A stretch of DNA of 64,000 bases. Source: a virus. Lineage: Duplodnaviria; Caudoviricetes. Location of the stretch: positions 1 to 64,000 of IMG/VR virus record IMGVR_UViG_3300030330_006022. One strand, given 5' to 3'. The notes under the pieces are model-generated. The model searched no databases and was not told the DNA's origin. It saw only the letters and a list, made by a program, of their open reading frames with translations. Below, piece after piece: positions 52,973-62,980 of this stretch. How positions within the stretch are numbered: the first letter of the stretch is position 1; each line of letters opens with the position of its first letter. A program made the translations under genes and the position numbers.

Positions 52973-53805
52973 AAAAAGTAAGTTTAAACATGATCAAAGG
53001 ACCCTTTCAGCACGATATATGTTCTTCTGCTTTAAATACAAACAAGTATGTAGATTGGAAAAAGGATAATTCTGCTGATATATCTTGCCACATTGATTAC
53101 GGATTGCTGGACAAGATAGATAGTACAAAAGAAAATTATGGTTGGGTATGTGAAAGCAGCGCCATAGTTCCATCTGTCATCAAAGAAGTTGTAAAAAACA
53201 AAGAGTCTTACAAAAAAAAATTTAAATACATTTTTACTTGTGATAGTAGAATTGTAAACTTGGATAAAGATTTTTTTAAATTTACTATGCCATCAGCTTT
53301 GCCTTGGATACAAAATAAAAAGATATACAAAAAAACTAAATTAGTTTCTTTTATTGGTTCTAACAAAAAGATGTGTAAAGGCCACCTTTACAGACAAGAG
53401 ATGATAGAAAAATACAAGGATAAAGTAGATCATTATGGTAGAGGTTTTAAAAACAAGGAGCTTCCATGGATGATAGAAAAAGAAAGTGGAAAAATATTAG
53501 GTCTAAAAGAATATATGTTTTCTTTTGCAATGGAAAACACAAACCATGAATACGCATTTTGCGAAAAAACAACTGATTGTTTTGCCACTGGAACCATTCC
53601 AATATATTGGGGTGGAAAAGGAATTAAAGAATTTTTTGATCCTAAAGGCATTATATTTATAGAGGATTTAAACTCTATAGATGAGTTAAATGAGGAATTA
53701 TATAATTCAAAAATTGAATATATTGAGTCTAATTTTAAAAAACTAAACAGCCTATTAACATCAGAAGACTATTTTGTGAAAAACTACATAAGAGGTGAAG
53801 CTTGA
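52969..53805 (+). CDS. GT10-like (alpha-1,3-fucosyltransferase-like) glycosyltransferase
   Basis: YMFSFAMEN..CEK..DCF..GTIPIYWG. Confidence 0.8.
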   Translation: MKKVSLNMIKGPFQHDICSSALNTNKYVDWKKDNSADISCHIDYGLLDKIDSTKENYGWVCESSAIVPSVIKEVVKNKESYKKKFKYIFTCDSRIVNLDKDFFKFTMPSALPWIQNKKIYKKTKLVSFIGSNKKMCKGHLYRQEMIEKYKDKVDHYGRGFKNKELPWMIEKESGKILGLKEYMFSFAMENTNHEYAFCEKTTDCFATGTIPIYWGGKGIKEFFDPKGIIFIEDLNSIDELNEELYNSKIEYIESNFKKLNSLLTSEDYFVKNYIRGEA

Positions 53806-54668
53806 TAACTTGTAAATTTGCTGGTGGCTTGGGAAACAATTTGTTTCAGTTTGCTAATGTTTTTGCATTACATAGAAGACATAATGTTCCCTACTGTATT
53901 CAAAGAGATTTTCAAAGATTAACTTTTGATGGAAAGTTGTTAAAAGACGAACTTAGATTTAAACAAGCTCATGTCTTGGAATTTCAAGAATTATTTGAAA
54001 ATAAGCTTCCTTATATTGAAGAGTTAGCTGTGAACACTAAAAATATGAGCAACTATTATCATCATGATTTGGATGGAAGTAGTAATTTTTTGTTTTCGGA
54101 AGTTAAATTTAAAGATAATACAATGTATTATGGATACTATCAATCTGATAAATATTTTATGGATTCAAATTTGAAAGAAGAGCTGGTTGTCAATCGTGAC
54201 ATCACTGATATTATAAAGGATAGATACGCTGAACTTTTCAACAAACCAACAATTTCATTACAATATAGACTTGGTGGAGATAGAAAGTTAAACAAGATTC
54301 AAAAGTTTCACAAAAACTTAAACCCAAGTTATTACACTAAAGCAGTTGAAGAAATATCAAGCATAACTGGTAAAAAAATTAGTGATTTCAATATTCTAGT
54401 TTTTTCTGATGATCTGGAACTAGCTAAAAAAGCTCTGTCATATACTACTTTAGATTGTGTTTATGTCGAAAACAAAAACAATATAGAAGATTTTATACAC
54501 ATGTCTATATGTGATCATAATATAATAGGAAACTCAACTTTTGCTTGGTGGGCTGCCTACATGAATAAAAACAGCGGATTAGTTATTGCTCCAAAAGATT
54601 TTTTTGGAAAAAATTATAGTAATTTTTTATTAGATGATTTCTATCCCACTGAATGGATAATTTTATAA
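53802..54668 (+). CDS. GT11 (alpha-1,2-fucosyltransferase-like) glycosyltransferase
   Basis: GGLGNNLFQ, GYYQSDKYF, VFSDD, CDHNIIGNSTFAWWAAY. Confidence 0.85.
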   Translation: MITCKFAGGLGNNLFQFANVFALHRRHNVPYCIQRDFQRLTFDGKLLKDELRFKQAHVLEFQELFENKLPYIEELAVNTKNMSNYYHHDLDGSSNFLFSEVKFKDNTMYYGYYQSDKYFMDSNLKEELVVNRDITDIIKDRYAELFNKPTISLQYRLGGDRKLNKIQKFHKNLNPSYYTKAVEEISSITGKKISDFNILVFSDDLELAKKALSYTTLDCVYVENKNNIEDFIHMSICDHNIIGNSTFAWWAAYMNKNSGLVIAPKDFFGKNYSNFLLDDFYPTEWIIL

Positions 54669-54678
54669 GGAGAAATAG

Positions 54679-55605
54679 TTGAAAATTATTGGATTAGGAA
54701 AATATGTACCAGAAAGAATCTTGCCAAATGAAGAAATACAGAAAACTGTCAATACAACTTCAGAGTGGATTAAAAGCAAGCTTGGTATAAGTGAGAGAAG
54801 GATTAGCAATAGCGATGAAAAAACTTCCGATCTTGCCTTTAAAGCTAGTTTAAAAGCTTTAAAATCTTGTAATAACTCTATTGATGATATTGATTTGATT
54901 ATTGTTGCAACTTCAACACCAGATAGAAAAAGCCCATCAACTGCTTGTATATTACAAGAAAAATTTGATTGTAAAAATATACCGGCTTTTGATATAAATG
55001 CTGTTTGTTCGGGTTTTATATATGGACTTGATTTGTGTAATTCTTTATTAAACGAAAACAAATACAATAAAATTTTGCTAGTAGGAGCAGAACAGTACTC
55101 TACTATTACAAATTGGGAAAGCAGAGATTGTGTTTTCTTTGGAGATGGTGCTGGTGCTGTTGTGCTAGAAAAAGACGAAACCAGTTTTTTCAAATCAATT
55201 ATAAAAGCTGATGGCAAAGGAAAAGAAAACTTTACAGTTCCTTCTGGAGAAAAGTATTTTAAAATGAACGGAAAAGAAGTGTTTAAGCATGCTACAAATG
55301 TTCTTCCAAGTTCTATAAAACAATTGCTACACGAGAACAATCTAAAATCAAGCGATATTGCCTTGTGTGTTCCTCACCAGCCTAGTATAAGGATTCTTGA
55401 ATTAACAGCTAAAAAAATAGGCTTATCGTTTGATAAAATAGCAAGAACAATGCATAAGTATGCTAATACTGCTGGTGCTTCTATTCCTGTTACTTTGTGT
55501 GATGCTTTTGAACAAGGAAGATTAAAGAAAGGTGATTTAATTTTATTTACAGCCGTAGGTTCTGGATGGACTTGGGGTTCTGCAATTATAAGGTGGGCGA
55601 TATGA
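54679..55605 (+). CDS. fabH: 3-oxoacyl-ACP synthase III
   Basis: AVCSGF (Cys), FGDGAGA, MNGKEVF, PHQP (His), ANT (Asn), GSGWTWG. Confidence 0.92.
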   Translation: MKIIGLGKYVPERILPNEEIQKTVNTTSEWIKSKLGISERRISNSDEKTSDLAFKASLKALKSCNNSIDDIDLIIVATSTPDRKSPSTACILQEKFDCKNIPAFDINAVCSGFIYGLDLCNSLLNENKYNKILLVGAEQYSTITNWESRDCVFFGDGAGAVVLEKDETSFFKSIIKADGKGKENFTVPSGEKYFKMNGKEVFKHATNVLPSSIKQLLHENNLKSSDIALCVPHQPSIRILELTAKKIGLSFDKIARTMHKYANTAGASIPVTLCDAFEQGRLKKGDLILFTAVGSGWTWGSAIIRWAI

Positions 55606-56252
55606 AAAAAATGTTAATTATTGGTGGATCTGGTGGTATTGGAAAAGAAATGACAAAACTGTTTTCAGATAAATATGAAGTTTTATCATGTAGTTCTAAA
55701 ACTTTTGATATAACTAACTTGCCCTTTCTAGATAGGTTTTTTAGTCTTAATACATATGATATTATTCTAAATGCTTCTGGTTACAATTATGATTCTTTTG
55801 TTCATAAATATAGTATAAAAAATATACATGAGGTTGACAAAATGATTGATATCAATGTAAAAGGTAATTTAAACCTACTTTCAGCTTGCCTCCCTGGTAT
55901 GAGAAAACAAGGAAATGGTAGAATAATATTTTTATCTTCTGTTTTGTCAACGATGCCTGTAGCAGGAACATCAGTATATTCCGCATCCAAAGCTTTTATA
56001 GATAATTTAGTCAAAACTGTAACTTTAGAAAACTTATCTAAAGGCATAACTTGTAATTCTATACAATTAGGATATTTTGATGCTGGAATGGCACATAGAA
56101 TTCCTGAAAAAATTATCAATAATATAGTAGATGGTATTCCATTAAAAAGATTGGGAAAAATGGAAGAACTTTACAACACAATAGAGTATCTTATAAACAC
56201 AGAGTATGTTTCTGGTACTTCAATAAAAATAAATGGAGGCATTGATTTATGA
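55602..56252 (+). CDS. SDR oxidoreductase (FabG-like)
   Basis: GGSGGIG, YSASK, IPLKRLG, INGG. Confidence 0.85.
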   Translation: MKKMLIIGGSGGIGKEMTKLFSDKYEVLSCSSKTFDITNLPFLDRFFSLNTYDIILNASGYNYDSFVHKYSIKNIHEVDKMIDINVKGNLNLLSACLPGMRKQGNGRIIFLSSVLSTMPVAGTSVYSASKAFIDNLVKTVTLENLSKGITCNSIQLGYFDAGMAHRIPEKIINNIVDGIPLKRLGKMEELYNTIEYLINTEYVSGTSIKINGGIDL

Positions 56253-56770
56253 AACATGGAATAGACTTTTATATAAATGATGATGTTGTAATCAAAAGAA
56301 ATGAAACAGCAATATTTGGCAACCATGTTGCCATCGACAAAGGCTTTTACTGTACTACTCAAATAAATGTAGGTGATTATGTTCACATTTCTCCTTACTG
56401 TACTGTAATAGGTGGAAAAGATGGCATGTTTATAATGGAAGACTTCACAGGTCTTTCAGCTGGATGTAGAGTAGTTTGTTGTGGAGATGATTACATCTCA
56501 GGACACTTGATGAACCCAACTGTGCCAATAAAATATAGAAAAGTAAAAAATGATAAAGTTGTTTTAAAAAGATTCAGTTGTTTAGGGACAAATTGTGTTG
56601 TATTACCAGGTGTGGTAATTGCAGAAGGTTCAGTTATAGGAGCTAATTCTTTGGTAAATAAATCAACAGAACCTTGGACTGTTTATGTTGGTAGTCCGGC
56701 AAAACCAATAAAAAAAAGATCTAAAGAGTTATCTTATAAATTTGCTAAGGAGCTTGGGTATGAATTATAA
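56249..56770 (+). CDS. left-handed beta-helix acyltransferase
   Basis: hexapeptide repeats, VLPGV.I..GSVIGANS, GSPAK. Confidence 0.85.
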   Translation: MKHGIDFYINDDVVIKRNETAIFGNHVAIDKGFYCTTQINVGDYVHISPYCTVIGGKDGMFIMEDFTGLSAGCRVVCCGDDYISGHLMNPTVPIKYRKVKNDKVVLKRFSCLGTNCVVLPGVVIAEGSVIGANSLVNKSTEPWTVYVGSPAKPIKKRSKELSYKFAKELGYEL

Positions 56771-57659
56771 CGCAAAAGATGATTATGTTAATAAAGACTC
56801 TATGTCTATGCCATGGGTTGAATCACCTTTTTTTGAATCTATTTTACAAAACTTAGATGTATCTGAAGAATTAAAAAGTATGGCTAGAAAATACAACAAA
56901 GACGGTTATGTGATTTTAGATTTAAACTTAGATGATGACATAATATTTAAAATCAATGAAGATGTAAAACAAATCATAAAATCTAAAAATTTTGTGGGAC
57001 AAGAGAAATATGAATATACAGATCACAGAAGGCTTTTCCAAGCTTGGAAAAAAAGTAAAAATGTAAGAAGTTTAACAAAAAACGAGAAGATACTAAGTGC
57101 CTTAAGATTTCTTTATAATAGAGAACCTTTTGCTTTTTCAACAATTAATTTTACTAATCCAACTTCACAACCTCTACACAGCGATACGATACATTTCAAC
57201 TCCTATCCAAAAGGATGGATGGTTGGTGTTTGGGTTGCTTTTGAAGACTGTGACGTGTCAAATGGAGCTTTGAGAGTTGTTAAAGGTAGTCATAAATGGA
57301 AAGAGTACGATTATAACTGTATAAATATAATCCACCCAGATAACAGAGATGATGGAGAAAAAAAATCATACAGAGATTATGATCAATTTGTCAGAAGATT
57401 AGTTGTGTCAAAGAACGCAAAAGAAGATTCTGTTGTAATGAAAAAAGGACAAGCAATTATTTGGTCTGCTAATTTACTTCATGGCGGTACACCAGTTGAA
57501 AATGATAAGGTTACAAGAAGATCCCAAGCCATTCATTACTTTTTTCATGGATGTAAAAAATATTACACACCAATGTTTTCAGAACCAATGTTAGGCAAGT
57601 ACGCTGAAAAATGGTGTAATGAGAAAGAAAATGTATTCACATATAAGGAGAAAAAATAA
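56760..57659 (+). CDS. phytanoyl-CoA dioxygenase-family Fe(II)/2OG enzyme
   Basis: LHSD, VWVAFED, NGAL..GSH, LLHGG, TRRS. Confidence 0.85.
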   Translation: MNYNAKDDYVNKDSMSMPWVESPFFESILQNLDVSEELKSMARKYNKDGYVILDLNLDDDIIFKINEDVKQIIKSKNFVGQEKYEYTDHRRLFQAWKKSKNVRSLTKNEKILSALRFLYNREPFAFSTINFTNPTSQPLHSDTIHFNSYPKGWMVGVWVAFEDCDVSNGALRVVKGSHKWKEYDYNCINIIHPDNRDDGEKKSYRDYDQFVRRLVVSKNAKEDSVVMKKGQAIIWSANLLHGGTPVENDKVTRRSQAIHYFFHGCKKYYTPMFSEPMLGKYAEKWCNEKENVFTYKEKK

Positions 57660-58255
57660 TGTCTTTTCAAGTAATTGCTGATTTTGAGAAAGAAATAGCT
57701 AATTTCTTCGGAGCTCCATATGCAGTAGCAGTGGATTGCTGCACACACGGAATTGAGCTTTGCTTAAGAATGAAGCAAGTTAAAAAAATAAAAGTCCCAA
57801 AGAGAACTTACTTATCTGTTCCAATGTTAGCTAACAAACTTAATATTGATCTGGAGTGGACCAATCAGGTGTGGCAAGATTATTATCATCTAACTGATGA
57901 CATAATTGATGCTGCTGTTTTATGGAGAAAGAACAGTTATATTGCTGGTACATATATGAGTGTGAGTTTCCAATTTAGAAAACACTTAAGTCTTGGTAGA
58001 GGTGGTATAATATTGTTTGATAAAGAAGAAGATTTCGACACATTGAAAAGAATGTCTTATGATGGAAGACACCCAGACCAACGATGGCACTTGCAGAATA
58101 TAAAAACTATGGGATATCATTACTACATGACTCCTGAAACAGCTGAACTTGGTTTACAAAAGCTTCCTGAAGCAATTGAAAGAAAACCAAAACAATGGGT
58201 TTATACAGATTGGCCCGATCTAACTACAATGGATTTTTTTAAGGAGAACAAATGA
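57659..58255 (+). CDS. DegT/DnrJ-family sugar aminotransferase (short form)
   Basis: FEKEIA..AVAVDCCT, IIDAA, SFQFRKHL..GGI. Confidence 0.8.
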   Translation: MSFQVIADFEKEIANFFGAPYAVAVDCCTHGIELCLRMKQVKKIKVPKRTYLSVPMLANKLNIDLEWTNQVWQDYYHLTDDIIDAAVLWRKNSYIAGTYMSVSFQFRKHLSLGRGGIILFDKEEDFDTLKRMSYDGRHPDQRWHLQNIKTMGYHYYMTPETAELGLQKLPEAIERKPKQWVYTDWPDLTTMDFFKENK

Positions 58256-59169
58256 AAATATTATTATTAGGATCAACCGGTTTTATTGGTAGTAACCTAA
58301 AAACAAGACTAGAAAAAGAAGGACACACGATTTTTACTGCTGAAAGATCTAGTGGAGTAGATATAAGAAGATACAACGATATTCGCTTCACTATAAAATA
58401 CACCAAACCAGATGTCATTTACAATTTAGCTTCTCACGGTGGCAGTGTGCACTATGTAAGAAATAACTCAGCTGATGTTTTTCAAGACAATGTTTTAATG
58501 GCAATTAATTTATACAAAGCCATTTCAGAAGTTAACAAAGATATAAAGGTTATACAGCCTTTCTCTAACTGTTCTTATCCTGGAAAAAGTGATGTCCAAT
58601 ATGAAGAAGAGTGGTTGGATGGCGATGTACATCCATCAGTATTTTCTTTTGGTAATTCTAAAAGAACAATTTTTTATTTATCAAAATGTTACAAACAGCA
58701 ATACGGAATAAGATCAGTAAACATATTGTTTCCTAATACTTATGGCCCTGGTGACTCTTTAGATCCAAACCACACACATGCTTTAAACGGCATGATCATA
58801 AGGATGCTAGAGGCTCAAAAAAAAGGTGACGAAGAATTTGTAGTCTGGGGGACTGGTTCTCCTATTAGAGAGTGGGCTTATATTGATGATTTTATAGAGG
58901 TACTAGTTAGGTGCTTAGAGATCGAAGGTCAAGAGTATCCTGTAAACATGGGCCAAGAAAAAGGATATTCTATTGCTGAATCTGCTGGTTTGATTAAAAG
59001 AGCCTGCAAGTTTAAAGGAAAGATAACTTTCGACACAAAATATAGAGATGGAGACCCAGTTAAAATAGTAAGTGGAGAAAAGTTCAAACAATTATTTAAA
59101 GACTTTGAGTTCTTTGATCACTATCAAGGAATAAAAAATACAGTAAAATACTATAAGGAGAAAAAATGA
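58252..59169 (+). CDS. GDP-L-fucose synthase-like epimerase/reductase
   Basis: GSTGFIG, CSYP, NTYGPGD, H.L..MI, VWGTGSPIREW. Confidence 0.8.
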   Translation: MKILLLGSTGFIGSNLKTRLEKEGHTIFTAERSSGVDIRRYNDIRFTIKYTKPDVIYNLASHGGSVHYVRNNSADVFQDNVLMAINLYKAISEVNKDIKVIQPFSNCSYPGKSDVQYEEEWLDGDVHPSVFSFGNSKRTIFYLSKCYKQQYGIRSVNILFPNTYGPGDSLDPNHTHALNGMIIRMLEAQKKGDEEFVVWGTGSPIREWAYIDDFIEVLVRCLEIEGQEYPVNMGQEKGYSIAESAGLIKRACKFKGKITFDTKYRDGDPVKIVSGEKFKQLFKDFEFFDHYQGIKNTVKYYKEKK

Positions 59170-60104
59170 AAAAAATATTGATCACAGGCGGAGCTGGTTA
59201 TGTTGGTACTACATTAATACCACTTCTACTTGGAAAAGGATATGAAGTTACTGTCATAGATAGCTTGATATTCAATAATGGTGACAGACTAATACCCTTT
59301 ATGTCAAATGAAAATTTTAGTTTTGTAAAAGGAGATGTTAGAGACTTAAAATTATTAAGTGGGCTAGTAGGTGGTAAAGATGTAGTAATACATTTGGCTG
59401 CGTATGTTGGCTTTCCTTTGTGCAGACTAAAAGGAGAAAAAGAATCATATGATGTGAACACAAAAGCAACTGAAGATTTGGTTAATATGTTAGAAGAAAA
59501 CCAGTATCTACTTTTTGGCTCAACAGGTTCAAACTATGGTGAAGTTGTAGGTTTGTGTACTGAGGAAACACCACTAAACCCTCTATCAATTTATGGTAAA
59601 ACTAAAACTGATGCTGAAAGAATTGTAATGACGCGTAAAAATTCAACAGCTTTTCGTTTTGCCACAGCTTTTGGAATTTCACCTAGAATGAGACTAGACC
59701 TTTTAGTAAATGATTTGACCTATAAAGCAATGACGGAAGGATATGCTGTTATTTATGAATCTCATTTTTTGAGAACATTTATCCACGTTAGAGATTTGGC
59801 AAGATCTTTTCTTTTTGCAATCGAAAACCAAGAAAAAATGATTTCTAATGTTTATAATGTTGGTTCTAATAAGATGAATCATACAAAAAGGGAAGTCTGC
59901 GAAAAGATAAATGAGCAAGTGCCAAATGCTTTTTTCCATCATGCTTCAATCAAAGAAGACCCAGATAAAAGAAATTATAAAGTATCTTATGATAAAATAA
60001 ACTCTCTAGGATTTGAAGTTGAGGTAGACTTAGAAACAGGTATTAAGGAAATTAAAGATTGTGTCATATTATTAGAAAACTCTCTGAGGTATAGAAATGT
60101 CTAA
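59166..60104 (+). CDS. NAD-dependent epimerase/dehydratase
   Basis: TGGAGYVG, HLAA, YGKTK, RMRLDLLVN. Confidence 0.88.
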   Translation: MKKILITGGAGYVGTTLIPLLLGKGYEVTVIDSLIFNNGDRLIPFMSNENFSFVKGDVRDLKLLSGLVGGKDVVIHLAAYVGFPLCRLKGEKESYDVNTKATEDLVNMLEENQYLLFGSTGSNYGEVVGLCTEETPLNPLSIYGKTKTDAERIVMTRKNSTAFRFATAFGISPRMRLDLLVNDLTYKAMTEGYAVIYESHFLRTFIHVRDLARSFLFAIENQEKMISNVYNVGSNKMNHTKREVCEKINEQVPNAFFHHASIKEDPDKRNYKVSYDKINSLGFEVEVDLETGIKEIKDCVILLENSLRYRNV

Positions 60105-60399
60105 AGATATAACATTTGAAGAATACTACGAGCACTACTTGACATTACACCAAAACAAATGGTGTAGAAGACTTCATGTTTTAGGACAGATAATGACTAT
60201 TGCTTTTGTTGTTATTTGTATTAAATATAGTTTGTGGTTATTGTTGCTAGCAACACCGTTTGTAGTTTATCCTTTTGCTTGGACTGGTCATTACATCTTT
60301 GAAAAAAATGAACCTGCTGCGTTTAAAAACCCTTTGTGGGCTAAAGCTTGTGATTGGGTTATGCTAAAGGATATAATAATAGGTAAAATACCGTTTTAA
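60097..60399 (+). CDS. DUF962/Mpo1-like membrane protein
   Basis: YLTLHQN..CRRLH..G, FAWTGHYIFEKNEPAAF. Confidence 0.82.
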   Translation: MSKDITFEEYYEHYLTLHQNKWCRRLHVLGQIMTIAFVVICIKYSLWLLLLATPFVVYPFAWTGHYIFEKNEPAAFKNPLWAKACDWVMLKDIIIGKIPF

Positions 60400-60409
60400 G
60401 GAGAAAAAA

Positions 60410-61261
60410 ATGAAAAAAGTATTAGTAACAGGTGGTTGTGGATTTGTAGGAAGTAATTTGGTAGATATACTGATTAATAGCGGTAATCATGTTACTGTTA
60501 TCGATGACCTGTCTTTTGGTAAAAAAGAATATTGTAATATAAAAGCAAAATATATATTTGATGATTTTAAAAAGGTGTTAAATAATCACGAAGAAAAATA
60601 TGATGTAATATATCATTTAGCAGCTGAGGCTAGAATACAACCATCTTTTAAAAATCCTCTGTATACTTGTGAAAACAATTCTTATGGAACTGCAATAGTT
60701 TGTGAATATGCAAGAAAAAACAATTCCATGATTGTGTATGCTGGTTCTAGTTCATTTTATGGTGGTGTGTATTTAAATCCATATGCATTCGCAAAATGGC
60801 AAGGTGAAGAAGTCATACAAATGTATACTAAAGTATATAATGTGAAAAGCGGAATAGCCAGGTTCTTTAATGTTTATGGGCCTAGAAACCCTTTGATAGG
60901 TCAATACACACCCGTGGTAGCTATTTTTGAACAGCAAATGCTAGACTTTAAACCACTAACAATTGTTGGAGACGGAGAGCAAAGAAGAGACTTTACTCAC
61001 GTATATGATATATGTCAAGGGTTAATTGACATTTCTTTGGAAGATAGACAAGGAGAGGTATACAACCTAGGAACAGGTAAAAACTTTTCCATAAATGAGT
61101 TAGCTGACTTATTTGGTGGAGAGAAAAAGTACTTACCTGCTAGACCTGGAGAAGTTAGAGTAACACTTGCTGACACATCTAAAATAAATAAAGCAACTGG
61201 CTGGAAAGCCAAATACGATTTAGAAAAATACATAAAGGAGTTTAAAAATGAAATTATCTGA
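60410..61261 (+). CDS. NAD-dependent epimerase (GalE-like)
   Basis: TGGCGFVG, HLAA, YAFAK, RFFNVYGP, GDGEQRRDF. Confidence 0.88.
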   Translation: MKKVLVTGGCGFVGSNLVDILINSGNHVTVIDDLSFGKKEYCNIKAKYIFDDFKKVLNNHEEKYDVIYHLAAEARIQPSFKNPLYTCENNSYGTAIVCEYARKNNSMIVYAGSSSFYGGVYLNPYAFAKWQGEEVIQMYTKVYNVKSGIARFFNVYGPRNPLIGQYTPVVAIFEQQMLDFKPLTIVGDGEQRRDFTHVYDICQGLIDISLEDRQGEVYNLGTGKNFSINELADLFGGEKKYLPARPGEVRVTLADTSKINKATGWKAKYDLEKYIKEFKNEII

Positions 61262-61433
61262 TCAAGCACTTGGAGCTATTATGATGGCTCTTCAAAAGTC
61301 TCTACTAGAGCAATCTGATATCACACCCGTCTTAAAAGGTATGGAGTTTGATATAATGGACAACGGAGAGCTTCTTGTTAAGAATCCTCCTGTTGTCAAA
61401 ACAAATGTAAACGTTGGCGTTAAAGATGCCTAG
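61248..61433 (+). CDS. small conserved hypothetical protein
   Basis: AAGGAG RBS; MKLSDQALGAIMMALQ..VKNPP. Confidence 0.65.
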   Translation: MKLSDQALGAIMMALQKSLLEQSDITPVLKGMEFDIMDNGELLVKNPPVVKTNVNVGVKDA

Positions 61434-61674
61434 ATACGTCTACAGATGTTCTAAATGCGAAGGAGAGTTTCAAGTTCGTCATGGAATGAGTGAAACTCAG
61501 GAACATTGTGAATTGTGTGAGGCTACAGGAACTCTTCAACGCATCCCTCAACTAACTTCCATTTCTAAACCTCCGTCGGAAGAGGGAAAGAGAGTTAAAG
61601 AAGCTATTGAGGATAATAAGAAAATATTTAAAGAACTATATAACGAAGCGAGGACACAAACATATGACGATTGA
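61426..61674 (+). CDS. FmdB-type zinc-ribbon protein
   Basis: MPRYVYRCSKC..F..CELC. Confidence 0.8.
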   Translation: MPRYVYRCSKCEGEFQVRHGMSETQEHCELCEATGTLQRIPQLTSISKPPSEEGKRVKEAIEDNKKIFKELYNEARTQTYDD

Positions 61675-62089
61675 TGCTGCTCTTACAATTGTGCTTTTAG
61701 GGAGCCTAGGATGTAATTTATTGGCCGCTGTTTACATTAGAGACATACTAGGTAGGCTTGGCTGGTTAACGCAAAATTTGGCTAATTTAACGGAATTAAT
61801 AAGAGGTTTTCAAAACCACATTAGAGGTGTCCATGAGCTTGAGAAGTTTTATGGAGACAAAGATTTAAAATTACTTGTTCAACATACAAGTGATTTGATA
61901 GAGGTCATGGATGATTATTTAGAGGTTGGATTGGATTCTGAATTAATCGAGGAAGAACTAACCGAGGACAACACAAATGACACAACGAAAAAGAAAACCG
62001 AGAACAAAAAGGATGTATTTTACTCAGATACACGAGGACGCGATTCTGAAGTATTGCGATCCGGCTACGACTTATCTGGAAAAGTGTGA
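61664..62089 (+). CDS. membrane-anchored hypothetical protein
   Basis: GAGG RBS; N-terminal hydrophobic helix. Confidence 0.55.
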   Translation: MTIDAALTIVLLGSLGCNLLAAVYIRDILGRLGWLTQNLANLTELIRGFQNHIRGVHELEKFYGDKDLKLLVQHTSDLIEVMDDYLEVGLDSELIEEELTEDNTNDTTKKKTENKKDVFYSDTRGRDSEVLRSGYDLSGKV

Positions 62090-62678
62090 ACTATATGAAA
62101 ATTTAATACAACCTGCTTTTTCTGAAATGGTTGATAAAATAGTATTCACTTATAGGTTTACCACTTTACCTAATATAGAAGATCTTAGAGAGGACTGCAA
62201 AGTTTGGCTCACCACTATATTAGCTAAATATGACCCCAATCGTGGATCAAAAGCATTTTCATACTTTTCAGTAATAACAAAAAATTGGTTTATTCACCAA
62301 GTAAAGAAAAACTCTAAAAGAGCAAAAAGAGAAGTTGATTTTGAATCAGCGGATGCTGAGTTAGAAAAAGCAAAACTAACAACTAGAAACCTATATGTAG
62401 AACAACAAATAGAAAAAGAGTTCTGGGAACACTTGTGGGCTGAAATAAACAGCTGGGAAGTATCTATTATGAATGAAAATGAAAAGAAAGTATACAATGC
62501 TGTTAAAATTCTTTTAAACTCAAAAGAAGAAATAGATATTTTTAATAAAAAAGCAATATATTTTTATCTCAGGGAAATAACAGATTTAAACACAAAGCAA
62601 ATTGTTTCTCAACTAAACAAGATGAGAAAAAAATACAAAACTTTCAAGTACAAATGGGATAATCACAAATTTGAGTGA
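61977..62678 (+). CDS. phage sigma-factor-like protein (probable late sigma)
   Basis: region-2-like EDLREDC...KYDPNRGSKAFSYFSVITKNWF. Confidence 0.75.
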   Translation: MTQRKRKPRTKRMYFTQIHEDAILKYCDPATTYLEKCELYENLIQPAFSEMVDKIVFTYRFTTLPNIEDLREDCKVWLTTILAKYDPNRGSKAFSYFSVITKNWFIHQVKKNSKRAKREVDFESADAELEKAKLTTRNLYVEQQIEKEFWEHLWAEINSWEVSIMNENEKKVYNAVKILLNSKEEIDIFNKKAIYFYLREITDLNTKQIVSQLNKMRKKYKTFKYKWDNHKFE

Positions 62679-62692
62679 TAACTAATTATTAT

Positions 62693-62980
62693 ATGTCAAA
62701 AAAATTAGATGAAATTATACAAAAAACACTCGCCAACATTGAAGAAGACCGATTAGTTACTCGAGATCTACTTGAAGATGCTATGGAATATCTTGCAAAA
62801 GATGAACATCGTCATAGAGAAATTGGTCTCACTCTAGCTAAGTATGTTGAAACTTTACAGCGTTCAAACGAACAAATGGTAAAGGTCGCTTCGCTTATTC
62901 AAAAAGAAGAAAAGAAAGAAGACGGAATCTCCAAAGAAGAAATGGATAACATATTTTCTGCAATTGCGGAGGAAGAATAA
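62693..62980 (+). CDS. conserved hypothetical protein
   Basis: LAKYVETLQRSNEQMVK; TAATG coupling to the next gene. Confidence 0.6.
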   Translation: MSKKLDEIIQKTLANIEEDRLVTRDLLEDAMEYLAKDEHRHREIGLTLAKYVETLQRSNEQMVKVASLIQKEEKKEDGISKEEMDNIFSAIAEEE

